In this document: positions 10,467 through 21,700 of the stretch, in pieces | Layout: every line of letters begins with the position of its first letter | Position numbering within the stretch: position 1 is the first letter of the stretch | Virus record (IMG/VR): IMGVR_UViG_3300022198_005692 | Span: 1-56,102 of that record | DNA from: a virus | Taxonomy: Duplodnaviria > Caudoviricetes | DNA: 56,102 bases | Reading direction: 5' to 3' (one strand) | Translations under genes and position numbers: made by a program | The notes under the pieces: model-generated | Databases searched by the model: none | What the model was told of the DNA's origin: nothing | The model's input: only the letters and a program-made list of their open reading frames with translations

Positions 10467-13400
10467 TCAGAGTACAATACCAGACAGTTTTAGATTATAG
10501 TCCCCGACCAGTAGTTTATATTGATCAAGAAGAGGATCTTCATAAACCACCGTAATTTTCGGTGGGCTCTTTGAAGTATCAATAACTTCAATGAAGATAG
10601 GATTACCATCTTCATCAACTTCACCAGAATCGACTTGCTTGGTAGGAGGTACCCAAGATGGGTCGTCTATTTCCTTGGTTATTTTACTGTAGAATACATC
10701 ATCCTTCTTCCAATTCGTGTCATACCCGTTTCCATTCCACTTTGTCTGTTGGAGATTTATTTTTAGACCTGAATAACTTAATTTGTCGTTTGCCTTTTTG
10801 CTATTATAGAGTTCCTTGATAATTGATCTAATAGCCTCTACATCTAGTGGATTTTGTCTTATATCAAAAGATGTTAATTTTACAGTGCCCCCAGAAAAGA
10901 ATCCCGTAGTTGTGAATACATCGCCTGGCCACTCGGTGAATAAATTATCTGTAAGATTGACAGTTGTCAGATTTTTTGCTCCTTTAAATGTTGGAACTTT
11001 ACCGACTAGTCTATTATTTTGCAAGTCTAGAGTTTGTAAATTTGAGAATCCTTCAAAGAAATCATCCACTCTCTGTCCTCTTCTTACAAAGGCCAGAGTT
11101 TTACCAGAGAAACCGGTATCAACTCCGGCTACATGAATGAATCCTTTAGTCCCACTCTTATGTATTTGAGTTACTGTACCGATTGGGGGTCCGCTAGCAT
11201 TTCCATCTCTTATTTCGTCATTTACATAAACATCTTTGGATATGTCTATGTCTCCGTCAGCAACTACTATTCTATAAATTTTTCCGTCAGAAGATGATTC
11301 TGTATTCCAAGTTGCTGAAGGAGTAGAAACCTCCTCTGTCAATGTCCCCAAGTGGGACGGTTTGTCCTCTATACTTAAATTTGCGAGACAAGATATCATT
11401 ACCTTACTATCTACATTTTTAGTACTTAGGTTGTTGGTCAAATCCAACTTTTTCATGTTGGTAGAGGATTTAGAAAAATTAGGAATTCTGCATCCTCCAA
11501 AGTTACGAGACATATTGCTCGCAGCTAACTCAACGATTTTTTGATTTCTATCAGATCCTAAATTGGATAGGTCTTTAAAGTTATTATATCCTATATATAT
11601 GTCTATCTTAGGCGCGTCAACTTTTGCACTTAACTGAGGAAAATCACCAAAGAACCTGGACCCATTGCATCTAAATAACTTTAATTCTTGTAAAATGCTT
11701 AGGTCTCCAGATCTGAGAATAAGCCTTTTATCCTCAGAATAAAACGTGTTTAAATCATGTAGATAAATTTCTTCTAATTTTGTATTTTCTTTACTTACGA
11801 AGTTTTTAGGAAGGATATATTTATAATAACCGTTAGAAGATTCCCATTTAGTTAGGGCATCCGTAGTATCAGCATCGTATCCATCCCATCTATTCTGCCC
11901 TAATTGTAAAATTTTTAGAGTGCTCGCAACACCTTCAATACTAAATATCTTCCCTCCCCAAGCGGCATCATATGCAAGAACAGTACCAAGTTCATCTCCT
12001 TGTAAATTATCTGAAGAGTTTTCTCCTGTAGTAACTCCTTCGTTGTACTTAACATATCTATCATCAGTTCCATGAACGTGATTTATGTTAATACGGCTTA
12101 ATTTTTTCCAGTTATAAGATGAACCTTTTGCCAGTCTAAAGTAAAGATCTCTTGCCCCATATTCATGACTATAAAAAGTAATAGATGACAATTGTTTTAG
12201 CCAAGAATCCCATGCCCTAGTTACTACATCAACGTCACTACTGTCAACGAGATGGGTTACTCCTAGGACTTTAGATCCAGATACATCGTCGCTTCCAGTT
12301 AAAATACCACCCACTACATTTGTTCCTCTGAAGTTTGCTGTTTTTATATTATATCTTCCAATAAAATTATTAGGGGCGGCTAGGATTTCTGCTTCTGATA
12401 GAGAGGTCGTTACTCCTGCAGCGGTTTCAAAAGCTGTTTTTGTTGTAATCGTGCCTTTATCAATTTCATCAATCGTATTGGTCCAGAAAGGCGTATCTCC
12501 CATATAGCCTATGGAGCCTTTCATATTTGTTTGACCATGAAAATCTAAGGTGATTTGATCAGCGGTTGTGTTATTTATCTTTGGGATTAGGCCTTTTACA
12601 AGATCTGGATTAGATCCGCTGCTCGAGTCTATTGAAAGATCAAATAGATTTGGGAAGATTTGTGAAAAATCGCCATTTACTACTTTAATTTCAGACCCTA
12701 ATACCAACCTATTTAAAAGGGTAAATTTTCTAAATCCATTTTGCTTAGAAAGATTAATAGGAATAGGTTCTTCAGTAAGACCATCTGGGTTTCCTTGGTA
12801 GAGGTACTTAAATCTTTCTATGGATGTTTTTCTAGAGTCTTTCCAAAGTTTTCCGTCTGGGTTTTGGATCGTGGAATATCCTTTATAATTCTGATCTTTA
12901 CTGCCTTCTCCGTTGTGTAAATATCCACTATAGCACATAAATTCAGAAAGTGTTTTAGAAGGAGCATTATCATCTACCGATCCAGAAATGCCGGAACCTT
13001 GCATACTCTGATAATCAAATACAGAATATATAGCTCCATTTTCGTCCCAATCATTACCAGAAATATCTAACTCAATAAGTTTTTCATTGAGTGTTTTAAT
13101 CCAAGTAGGAAGAGAGGATAATCTATTTCCACTAATATTAATAGATTCTAAGTTATTAAATCCTATAAGTCCAATGTCCCTGCCCGCTTCTTCTTTAATA
13201 CCTAACCCAGAAAGATCTATTTCTGTAATTTGCTCAGGGTCAAGATAGATATATAGTAAGCAATCCTTATTAGAGGCCTCAGTTCCAGTTACATTAATTT
13301 TGATTTCTTCTACATCTCTTGTGCTAGAATCGGTGATTATCTCTTGCTTAATAATAGGTAATTCTGAACTACCAGCAGGAGGTTTGCGCAATTTCAACTC

Positions 13401-14204
13401 CCAACCATAAACAAAAGAAACGGGCGAATCTTGTTCGCTCAATCCTTGCTCTCTAGAAAGAGAAAGATTTGCCGTAGTTCCTATCCTTACAGGAAGGATG
13501 AGAGGCGAGTTTACTGTACAATAACACTCCAACAATTCGCACTTGGGCGAGGTATTCGAAGGAGTTCTTACATATGTGGGAATCTTAAAAATATGAGTAG
13601 GAGATTCGGAAACAGTTCCTCTATTTGTTAATAGAGTAGCTGCATTTGCTCTCAGTTTTAAACTGTTAATGTGAGACCTTCTTCTTATTCTTACTCTGTC
13701 GGTGTAGATGGCTTCTAAAAACTTAGCAGTTTCAGTATCCACAACTGAGTTAAAAAGACTCTCTCTTGAGGTGGGAACTATAGTCTCTTGATATTCACCT
13801 TCCTCGTCTACGTAGCTGTACTTAATGTTATTTGCAGCTAATCCGCCGTGAAGGACAATGATGTTATCAGAGTAGTCTGGAACGAAAAAGTTTTGTAGGC
13901 CAGGATCACCAATCTCTCCATCAGTTCTAAGAAGACTTTTAATTTTATTTGAAATTCCTCTCGATGTTTCTTGTGAAAGAGCCATTGAGTGGTAAACGGG
14001 TAGGTCCAACCCACCCGCGGTTCTAACATCCTCCTTGGTAAGGCCGCTTCTAGAAAGATTGTAAATCTGATCCAGTCCTTCTGGATCTAGAAGAATGTTA
14101 AAGAGAGCATCTCTCTCATCACTGCTATAAATCTCGCCCAGGTCATAAAAACTAACTAATCCGATATCTGGACGATTTTGTCTTATAAAGCTATATCCTG
14201 CCAT
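10467..14204 (-). CDS. Leucine-rich-repeat virion protein
   Basis: 1245 aa; LRRs such as LESINISGNRLSSLPTWIKTLNEKLIELDISGN and LQTLDLQNNRLVGKVPTFKGAKNLTTVNLTDN; lies within the fibre operon. Confidence 0.7.
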   Translation of the reverse strand: MAGYSFIRQNRPDIGLVSFYDLGEIYSSDERDALFNILLDPEGLDQIYNLSRSGLTKEDVRTAGGLDLPVYHSMALSQETSRGISNKIKSLLRTDGEIGDPGLQNFFVPDYSDNIIVLHGGLAANNIKYSYVDEEGEYQETIVPTSRESLFNSVVDTETAKFLEAIYTDRVRIRRRSHINSLKLRANAATLLTNRGTVSESPTHIFKIPTYVRTPSNTSPKCELLECYCTVNSPLILPVRIGTTANLSLSREQGLSEQDSPVSFVYGWELKLRKPPAGSSELPIIKQEIITDSSTRDVEEIKINVTGTEASNKDCLLYIYLDPEQITEIDLSGLGIKEEAGRDIGLIGFNNLESINISGNRLSSLPTWIKTLNEKLIELDISGNDWDENGAIYSVFDYQSMQGSGISGSVDDNAPSKTLSEFMCYSGYLHNGEGSKDQNYKGYSTIQNPDGKLWKDSRKTSIERFKYLYQGNPDGLTEEPIPINLSKQNGFRKFTLLNRLVLGSEIKVVNGDFSQIFPNLFDLSIDSSSGSNPDLVKGLIPKINNTTADQITLDFHGQTNMKGSIGYMGDTPFWTNTIDEIDKGTITTKTAFETAAGVTTSLSEAEILAAPNNFIGRYNIKTANFRGTNVVGGILTGSDDVSGSKVLGVTHLVDSSDVDVVTRAWDSWLKQLSSITFYSHEYGARDLYFRLAKGSSYNWKKLSRININHVHGTDDRYVKYNEGVTTGENSSDNLQGDELGTVLAYDAAWGGKIFSIEGVASTLKILQLGQNRWDGYDADTTDALTKWESSNGYYKYILPKNFVSKENTKLEEIYLHDLNTFYSEDKRLILRSGDLSILQELKLFRCNGSRFFGDFPQLSAKVDAPKIDIYIGYNNFKDLSNLGSDRNQKIVELAASNMSRNFGGCRIPNFSKSSTNMKKLDLTNNLSTKNVDSKVMISCLANLSIEDKPSHLGTLTEEVSTPSATWNTESSSDGKIYRIVVADGDIDISKDVYVNDEIRDGNASGPPIGTVTQIHKSGTKGFIHVAGVDTGFSGKTLAFVRRGQRVDDFFEGFSNLQTLDLQNNRLVGKVPTFKGAKNLTTVNLTDNLFTEWPGDVFTTTGFFSGGTVKLTSFDIRQNPLDVEAIRSIIKELYNSKKANDKLSYSGLKINLQQTKWNGNGYDTNWKKDDVFYSKITKEIDDPSWVPPTKQVDSGEVDEDGNPIFIEVIDTSKSPPKITVVYEDPLLDQYKLLVGDYNLKLSGIVL

Positions 14205-14209
14205 AATAA

Positions 14210-17200
14210 TTACTGTTCTTTATAGTTCAGTGTGATTGAAATTTTCCCTTCTGTCTCATCCTCTAGAGACTTAGCAATAACAAACAATGATTTATTATTC
14301 CAGAAACTAGGACCAATTGACTCAGCTGAGATATTAAACATTGAAGTAAGATCTACATCAGTTGGTGTATTCTTAGATAGATAGAAGGACCCTAAGTCAT
14401 CTCCTGTGTCTTTAAACTTAAGTGAACGGATCGGATAATCACCAACACTTGAGTAAGATGCCCCTGCCAACAGATTTCTGCTTAAGAACGAAGGGCACTT
14501 CTTCCGCTTCACTCCAGGATCACTGGGGTTAGAACTATCGATATAAGAAGTATCAGAGAAATTAACCGAAGTGTCTAAAGTATCTACTTCTGAAAAAGTT
14601 CTAATGTTCTTAATAGCAGATTTTTGAGTATCAGCACTTCCCCCGTCATGACGGTCATGTTGTCCATCATTTGTGTAATGATCGACGCTTAGAGTTTGTC
14701 CAAAAGGAGAAAATGGTGACTGGATGATTCCATTTCCGACTTCTTGACCGATGCTAAGTGAACCGATCTCTGCTCCTTCTCTCATGGCAATAAACCATCT
14801 GATTGGGAAGATATCAGATCCAGAAACAGTACTGGTAATTAAACGATCATCTTTTTTAATTAACGAGGGGGCATATAGTGCTATACCAGCATATTCTGCG
14901 ATTATTAAACCGCCTCCAAGTGCACCAAAACTTCCACTTTCAATTACTACTGGAAGTAAATATTCTTCAATGGAGCTTCCCTCTCTTTTAAAGATATCCT
15001 GTTCTTTGCCTATAGTTTTTACTTTAATGATTACATTAGTACTAAACGACCTTAAAGTTAAACTTTCAATTTTAGGATTTCCTTGAGAATCTACCCATAA
15101 TTCACTAGGCCAAGAAATATCGCTTTTCAAATAGTGAACCGTTTTTACTGTTCCGTTATCATCGTATGGGGGGTCTGTAGTTCCGCTACCATTCTCATCT
15201 TGAACGCTTACTTCTCTTTCAATAGGGCCTACTCTACAAAATAGAGCATGGCATTCCCCGCCCTCAGCGCCGGGGACACTAGGGAATTGTTCATCAATCT
15301 CGCCGGGAGAATCTCGTCCACCTTCTGATTTTTCAATACCACCGGCTCCAGTATGTAACCATCCAGCCTGACTTACCATAAGAGTATTGTCTCTGAGAGC
15401 TGGGCTAAATACATCTACAGGAAGACCTTCGTAATATCTAAACTCATCAGAGTTGGGGATTCTCTTGTCTTTAATATAGGCAGTACCGGTATCACTATCA
15501 GTACTACTTACAAACTCAATATCAATATCATCTCCCTCAATATGACTGTTATCATCAATGGTTGGGTTTACAATACCAAAACTATTTGGGTGGTTTTGAG
15601 CGCGGTCTTTGGAGACCATTCTAATAGGATATTTTTGATTTGCATAAGTATCTTTACTCCCTCTAGACCACATGACTCCGATAGTAATATCTCCAAAATG
15701 AGTATCACCATCGCACCTAGTACCAAAATACTCATCGGAACAAGGCACCCCATTATCATCTCTTCCCCCAGCTTTAGTTGTGAATAATAGATAAAACTCG
15801 CCAGAAGTGATTCCAATAGAAGAGATAAGCGTAGTATCCTTTCTGTAGGGAGAGAATTTTAATGAGTATGTATCTGGGTATCTGAAGAGGAGTTGGCCTT
15901 TACTCCAAGGCCTATCACTAGCGCTACCGCCATAAATACTGCCTCTAACTACTCTTGAGATAGCGGCTGTGGATATAGAGTTCGACCACCCTGTAAGGGA
16001 GTTAATGTACTCATTTTCAGGGTTTACATATGCACAGAATACATTGTTTCCAATGATATGTGATCCTTGGAGGGCATATTGATAAGAATTCCAGCCTTTA
16101 AACGTATAGTAGGTCGCCCAATCAGTATTTCCTAGATAATCGGTTGTATAACCAGTGCCATTAATATTTAAAAGATTGAGACTTGCTTCTGGGAAGTCTG
16201 GGTCGGGACCTTGGTATGAGATTGTGGGCGTAGGACTATCTTCAGTATAACCCAATTCTATTAGTGTATCCTCGTCAGTTTCTAGCCTATTAATTAAGAA
16301 TTTACCTCTAAGTCTTTGCGATTCTGGAAGTTCGCACTTGTAACCTTCTTGGAAAGTAAATCCATGATCAACACAACCGAACTGATTAACAAACTTAACT
16401 TCAGTGTCCACCGTAGAGATCATTGAGGCACTGATGGGAAATATTTCTTTTTTATTAAAGAATTCATTACCCTGGGTATTTGTGATAAATTTCTTTGGTT
16501 TTAACCCGAGAACCGATGCCCATCTATAAATAGGAATTTCTTGCTCAATAGTCTCTCCGGTATCGGTCTCAAGATCAGTAGATTCAATATCTCTGTTTGA
16601 AGCAATGGCACTAGAGACAGTTACTGTACCTTCGTCGCCGCCATCGATATAATACGAAGCACCGTACTTCTCGATAAATTGAGGTAGTCTGATACGAGAA
16701 GGCGAGCCCACATAAGTTCTATATTTAAAGAAGAAGAACGGGTCCTCAAGACAGGGCTTATCAATATTATTCTCAATAACCAATGTATGAAGAGTTACCC
16801 ATCTTGCATCACCATTTTTAGTTGGAATGTAGATATAGAACCTTGCGCCAATAGCACCGTACCAACCAAACTCGATCTTATACATGGTAACGGTATCTGG
16901 GTTATAAATATAACCGGTCTCGCCTTGGGAGTTAAGTCCGTCGCCGTTCATGAGATCCTGTTGGATCTCGGTTTCATATACCTTTACTTCTTTTTTATCT
17001 TCTACAAGGCGTTCGAGCCTTAATACCTCACTATCAGTTAACTCATCGCGATATTTAATTACTCCGGTTAATTGACTAATATACGCTTCTCTTTCTTCAT
17101 ATCCTGCATCAATAAATAGATCGGTGTCTCCTAGGGGGATAGTAGATCTTCTAACAATAGAGAAGTCAGTACCATCCTTTAGGCGGAAAAAGTACCCATC

Positions 17201-18730
17201 AGTATAGTTCTCTACGCCAAACTCCAAAATAGATCCTGGGCCTGCGCCTTCTTCGGAGACTCTTACGCCATAAGTAAATCCACTGATCCTGCCCGGTTGA
17301 TAACGAAAAGCGCGGGCTGATGTCATAGTAACAACAGCATAGTCGCTTTCTCTGTTACCAATTAAATTTCCTTCGGCAAGAGCGTTTGAAACCTGAGGGA
17401 TAGTTGGATCGGAGTATGTCTTTGGCCAAGATTGGCCAAAAATTAACGACTCGGAGGGAGTTTCCTTATCGAGAATTCTATAGTAAGGAAGTTTATATTT
17501 TTTCTCTGGAGAGTCTTCTGGGGGATCAGTTTCCCACACTTTAAACTCCCAGTTCTTTAGATCGTCGTACAGCGAGTCGTAGTCAAGTAACCAGTACTCT
17601 CTCCAGACTTCTTCATTTGGTTGAGTAGCAATTTCAAAGTGGCCCTTGTTGTTACTCGGCCATCTATATCTTGTTGTACCAAAAAATCCAGAAGTATAAA
17701 GTATTGATTGCTTTGAATCTGTTGTCAGTATCTGTTTTGATCTTAAAAGATTGAATCCTTCATTATCAGCAACATTAGTAGCAGTTACGTACGGAGTATC
17801 TTTAGTCTCATCAATCAGACTAAATAGATCAAGAAGAATTGCTTCCCCCTCACCAGTCATATTTTCAATACGACCTCTAGGGATAATGGGTAGATTGCCA
17901 ATAGTCTTGAATCTTCCTTGATCGATATCAAGCCAGATTTGATCCCAATAAAGTCTGTTAAATTTTCCAGAAGTTGTTTTAGGGTAGGTACTTTCTAAGT
18001 ACTCAAGTCTAAATCTTACTTTTTCTTCCTCTGTAAAATTATTTACCATGTATTCGATAACGTACATGGCGATTAGGGATTGGAGATATCTGCCCCAGCC
18101 TGGTCCAATATCGGAAGTATCTTGGCCTCTAATTAGTCTGCTAACAATAGGATTTCCAGGGGTAGTGTAGGGAACGGGATACGAAGAAATTACAACAGAT
18201 GAGCCCTCAGCATCATCAAAGTTAATTGTTGCTTGGTGACGGCCAGCAGGGGAATTTTTTCTTTCCCAATAGCCCCCTTGGCGGAAGTCTGGGTACCCAG
18301 AGTAGATAATCCAGTCTTTCCTATCTAGTCCATAAGAGCTGACATTATCAAAAATACCTTGTTGAGTCTCCCCTCTAGGAATACCCAGTAATGTCGAACT
18401 TACCTCAGTTACTTCATTAAATACTTCTTCAATAGGCAGTGCAGCTGGATTTCTTTGACCAAATTTATTCTCAAGACTTACTCCTGTTTTAGCATAAGAC
18501 TCACTATCAACTACTACCGGAGTAGAGGAAGAAGCTAAAAAGTCCCTAGGATCAGGAACTCTTTTAACTGAAGTAAGTGAGTTCCCCTCATCGGAGAAGA
18601 GAGGGGTGCCTCGATAAGCAACAAGTCGTAGTTCTTTTTCAAACGTACCCGGAGCAGTTGATTGACCTTTTAATGAAATATTTCTTGAAGAAGACTGGCT
18701 TTTTACTTTTATTTCATAATTACTAGCCAT
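14210..18730 (-). CDS. Large virion structural protein (paralog of 18734-21814)
   Basis: 1506 aa; shares the blocks LLGIPR, FRYQPGR, EFGWYGA and KYGASYYIDGGD and an -EQ C-terminus with the neighbouring gene. Confidence 0.6.
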   Translation of the reverse strand: MASNYEIKVKSQSSSRNISLKGQSTAPGTFEKELRLVAYRGTPLFSDEGNSLTSVKRVPDPRDFLASSSTPVVVDSESYAKTGVSLENKFGQRNPAALPIEEVFNEVTEVSSTLLGIPRGETQQGIFDNVSSYGLDRKDWIIYSGYPDFRQGGYWERKNSPAGRHQATINFDDAEGSSVVISSYPVPYTTPGNPIVSRLIRGQDTSDIGPGWGRYLQSLIAMYVIEYMVNNFTEEEKVRFRLEYLESTYPKTTSGKFNRLYWDQIWLDIDQGRFKTIGNLPIIPRGRIENMTGEGEAILLDLFSLIDETKDTPYVTATNVADNEGFNLLRSKQILTTDSKQSILYTSGFFGTTRYRWPSNNKGHFEIATQPNEEVWREYWLLDYDSLYDDLKNWEFKVWETDPPEDSPEKKYKLPYYRILDKETPSESLIFGQSWPKTYSDPTIPQVSNALAEGNLIGNRESDYAVVTMTSARAFRYQPGRISGFTYGVRVSEEGAGPGSILEFGVENYTDGYFFRLKDGTDFSIVRRSTIPLGDTDLFIDAGYEEREAYISQLTGVIKYRDELTDSEVLRLERLVEDKKEVKVYETEIQQDLMNGDGLNSQGETGYIYNPDTVTMYKIEFGWYGAIGARFYIYIPTKNGDARWVTLHTLVIENNIDKPCLEDPFFFFKYRTYVGSPSRIRLPQFIEKYGASYYIDGGDEGTVTVSSAIASNRDIESTDLETDTGETIEQEIPIYRWASVLGLKPKKFITNTQGNEFFNKKEIFPISASMISTVDTEVKFVNQFGCVDHGFTFQEGYKCELPESQRLRGKFLINRLETDEDTLIELGYTEDSPTPTISYQGPDPDFPEASLNLLNINGTGYTTDYLGNTDWATYYTFKGWNSYQYALQGSHIIGNNVFCAYVNPENEYINSLTGWSNSISTAAISRVVRGSIYGGSASDRPWSKGQLLFRYPDTYSLKFSPYRKDTTLISSIGITSGEFYLLFTTKAGGRDDNGVPCSDEYFGTRCDGDTHFGDITIGVMWSRGSKDTYANQKYPIRMVSKDRAQNHPNSFGIVNPTIDDNSHIEGDDIDIEFVSSTDSDTGTAYIKDKRIPNSDEFRYYEGLPVDVFSPALRDNTLMVSQAGWLHTGAGGIEKSEGGRDSPGEIDEQFPSVPGAEGGECHALFCRVGPIEREVSVQDENGSGTTDPPYDDNGTVKTVHYLKSDISWPSELWVDSQGNPKIESLTLRSFSTNVIIKVKTIGKEQDIFKREGSSIEEYLLPVVIESGSFGALGGGLIIAEYAGIALYAPSLIKKDDRLITSTVSGSDIFPIRWFIAMREGAEIGSLSIGQEVGNGIIQSPFSPFGQTLSVDHYTNDGQHDRHDGGSADTQKSAIKNIRTFSEVDTLDTSVNFSDTSYIDSSNPSDPGVKRKKCPSFLSRNLLAGASYSSVGDYPIRSLKFKDTGDDLGSFYLSKNTPTDVDLTSMFNISAESIGPSFWNNKSLFVIAKSLEDETEGKISITLNYKEQ

Positions 18731-18733
18731 TTA

Positions 18734-21700
18734 TCACTGTTCCTCCCAGGTTAGTGAAGTATTAACTTTGAATGCTTTTGGAGAAGCTGATTGTTGGATG
18801 TCAAAGTGACCAAATACGCTAATCACATCAACCTCATCTGTTAGAGGGAATGAAAGATATTCCTTATTATACGCAAAGTAATCTTGAAGGTCGAATTGGT
18901 ATCCGCCTCTGGTGACATAGTACGAGAAGATCTCGTTTCCTGTTTCTGGCACGGGGGTAAGAGCAAAGTCTTGAGCAATTTGAGTACCGGAGAGACGAGT
19001 GATTTCTTCAAACGTGGCTAGTCCGTCATTTGCAAGTTTTGTCCACTTGGTTTGATCAGCGTATCCGTCTGTAGTGGTTGAAATGGTCTTTTCTGTGAAA
19101 GATAGCCCTGTTGCTGCAGTACCTACAGAAAGATTTCTTTCATATAAAAACTTACCTTTGATATATATCGGATCAGAATAGGAAAATAATTTGGCAAAGT
19201 AATATTTACCACCTTCTCTATAGATTCTGCCTAAGATAGGCTGTCCAGAAGTTTTATTTCCAGCATTTCCAGAAATATTACTTCCGAGGAAATATCCAAA
19301 TACATATTTTCCATTGGCATTGAGAACTGTATCCAGTCCTAATTGATTCACCGCCTGATCTGAAGTAAATTCAGTGGGAAGTACTGATCTCTTTGTATTT
19401 AGAGTATCTGCCAAGTCCCCACTAAGTAAATCATCAGAGGTAGAGCCCGAGTTTGTTGTAATTAGTAGGGGATTTTTATACCCACGAATAGTAATAAGAT
19501 CAGAAGTCTCACCTTGGGAAACACCGACACCTAATTTGATTGGATAGATTTGCAGTCTGTTTCTTACCTTTTCTCCTTCTCTATTACTAATAAAATCCTT
19601 GGCTCTTAAGGTTAATAGGGACTGTTGTGATCTAGGAACAATAAGAGTAATATCGCCACTAGTATAAGAAAAAATATCACCTGTGAAATATAACTTCACA
19701 TTAGTGGCGTCAGTCTCATCCTTCTCCATCCACTTGACTTTGATAGTTACATCACCTTCGATATAAGCGCCCATTAAACCAACCAGAGTTCTGTCGTTAT
19801 TACTGCCTAAACTAACTCTGGTAGCTACAATATAATTATCAGTAGTATTTACACTAACTGGAGTGAATGTAACTGTTCCAGAAGGAACTGTTCTGCTATA
19901 ATCCGATGATTTGGATAGGAGTTTTACAGTGCCCTTATCTCCACCATCAATGTAGTAAGAAGCACCATACTTAACAAGAGTGTTTCCTATATCAATTCCA
20001 TCGTTATTTGGATCTAGACCGCTATTTAGACCACCATGGCAGAGGTATGTTATCGGTAAGAAGGCATTACCAAGTGAAGCAACTGAGTGTTGGTTTGAGG
20101 CTCTAATGTGGTGAACACGGACCCAACGTGCCTCGTTATTACCGATAGGTACGTAGCAAAGGAAAGTCGCGCCAACAGCACCATACCATGAGAACTCGGT
20201 CTTCCACATGGTGACTTTTGAGAAGTCGATATTGTATGCTGATTGTGACTCTAACTCCCCTTCTGGAGTTAGGATAATTTTACCTGGTTGATTTACAAGG
20301 CCATCTTCGGTGTCACCAAGAGAAAACTCGGCGGAGGTGTTGATATCTGACCATCTTACTTTAGTTAGGTCACCATCAAGTTTATCACCAGAGAACATCG
20401 CTCTCACCGGTCTCCATTCATAGACGAATCTATAGGGTTCGGGGACGCAGATATTAAACCATTCTTTTAGGGTTACATTGTTATTTGTATCGGAAATAGT
20501 TCTACTAATTGGTACTCCAGGGGCATTATTGTAATGCGTCTGGGTAATGTTATTGCCTCCAAGAGTATTTACAAGAAGATGCCAGATTTTAGCCTGGCTA
20601 TTGGCAGTACTAGGGTTCATGTCCCAAGCTCCAGTTCTGCTAAGAATCTGGTCATGGGTTTCATTCTCTGCATTAGTCCCTGTACCAAAGAAAGTTTCTT
20701 GCCAGTTATTAGCCGGATCAATTAACTCGGCAAAAGAATTGAGTACCTTGTTAACATTTCCTTTTCTCGCAAGGTTGGAAATTAAACCATAGAAATTACA
20801 ATGGGCATCCGCTCTGATATATTTTTCGAACATGTCCTGCAATTCACGTTCGATAGGATTATCAGGTAGGGGGTAGGTGGAGCTTTGGTCAAATGGGAAC
20901 TGGAACTTTCTATCTTTTAAAATCTCCGTATATGTCGATGTCGTACTATCATACTGAGCAAGTCTTAATGAGAAACTAGAGTTTGGTTGGAAGTCCTTTA
21001 GTTTATTTTCTGGAGAAGTGCTACTATCAATAGCGTTTACATGATCAGGATGATAAACTAGAGAAGGGTCGTAAATCGCTGCCGCTACATAGACCAGACC
21101 GTCTCTGACAATTACAGGATCGACTCCTGCAAGTCCGAAATTAGTAGATCCATTAAATTTAGCATCATTACCGTTCCTGAACCATTTTAACTCTTCGTTA
21201 TAGCCGGCGGGTTCTCCAGGAATAATGGCCTGAGTACGTCTTACGCAACGGAAGTTGTTTCCGATGCCATTATTTACAATCTCAAAGTAATATCCATCAA
21301 ACTTATCAAAAATACCCCATTTTTTAATAGATGGGGCACCTTTTTGAGTATCAGTTTCTTCGTCTCTTGTGACGTTCATCTTCACGCCCATGGTGGAAGC
21401 AGAAACACGACCAGGTTGGTAACGGAAGAAACGCTTAGAGGTCAAGACTGTAGTATTGCCATCTGAAGCAATAAGTTGAGCGCCGGCTTCTTTGGGTACA
21501 TGAACTACGCCATCAAGTACAATACTCTCTTCGGTAGAAGTTTGGTTAGTTTCTTTAGGAACATTTTGTAAAGGAAACTGAGCCCATTCTGTAGGGTTAA
21601 CGTCGTAGGTGTTAACGTCAGCAAAAATACCCAGAGCGACCTCAGAGCGAGGAATACCAAGCAGAGATAGAGAAACTTCCGACTGTACTTTATTCTGTTC

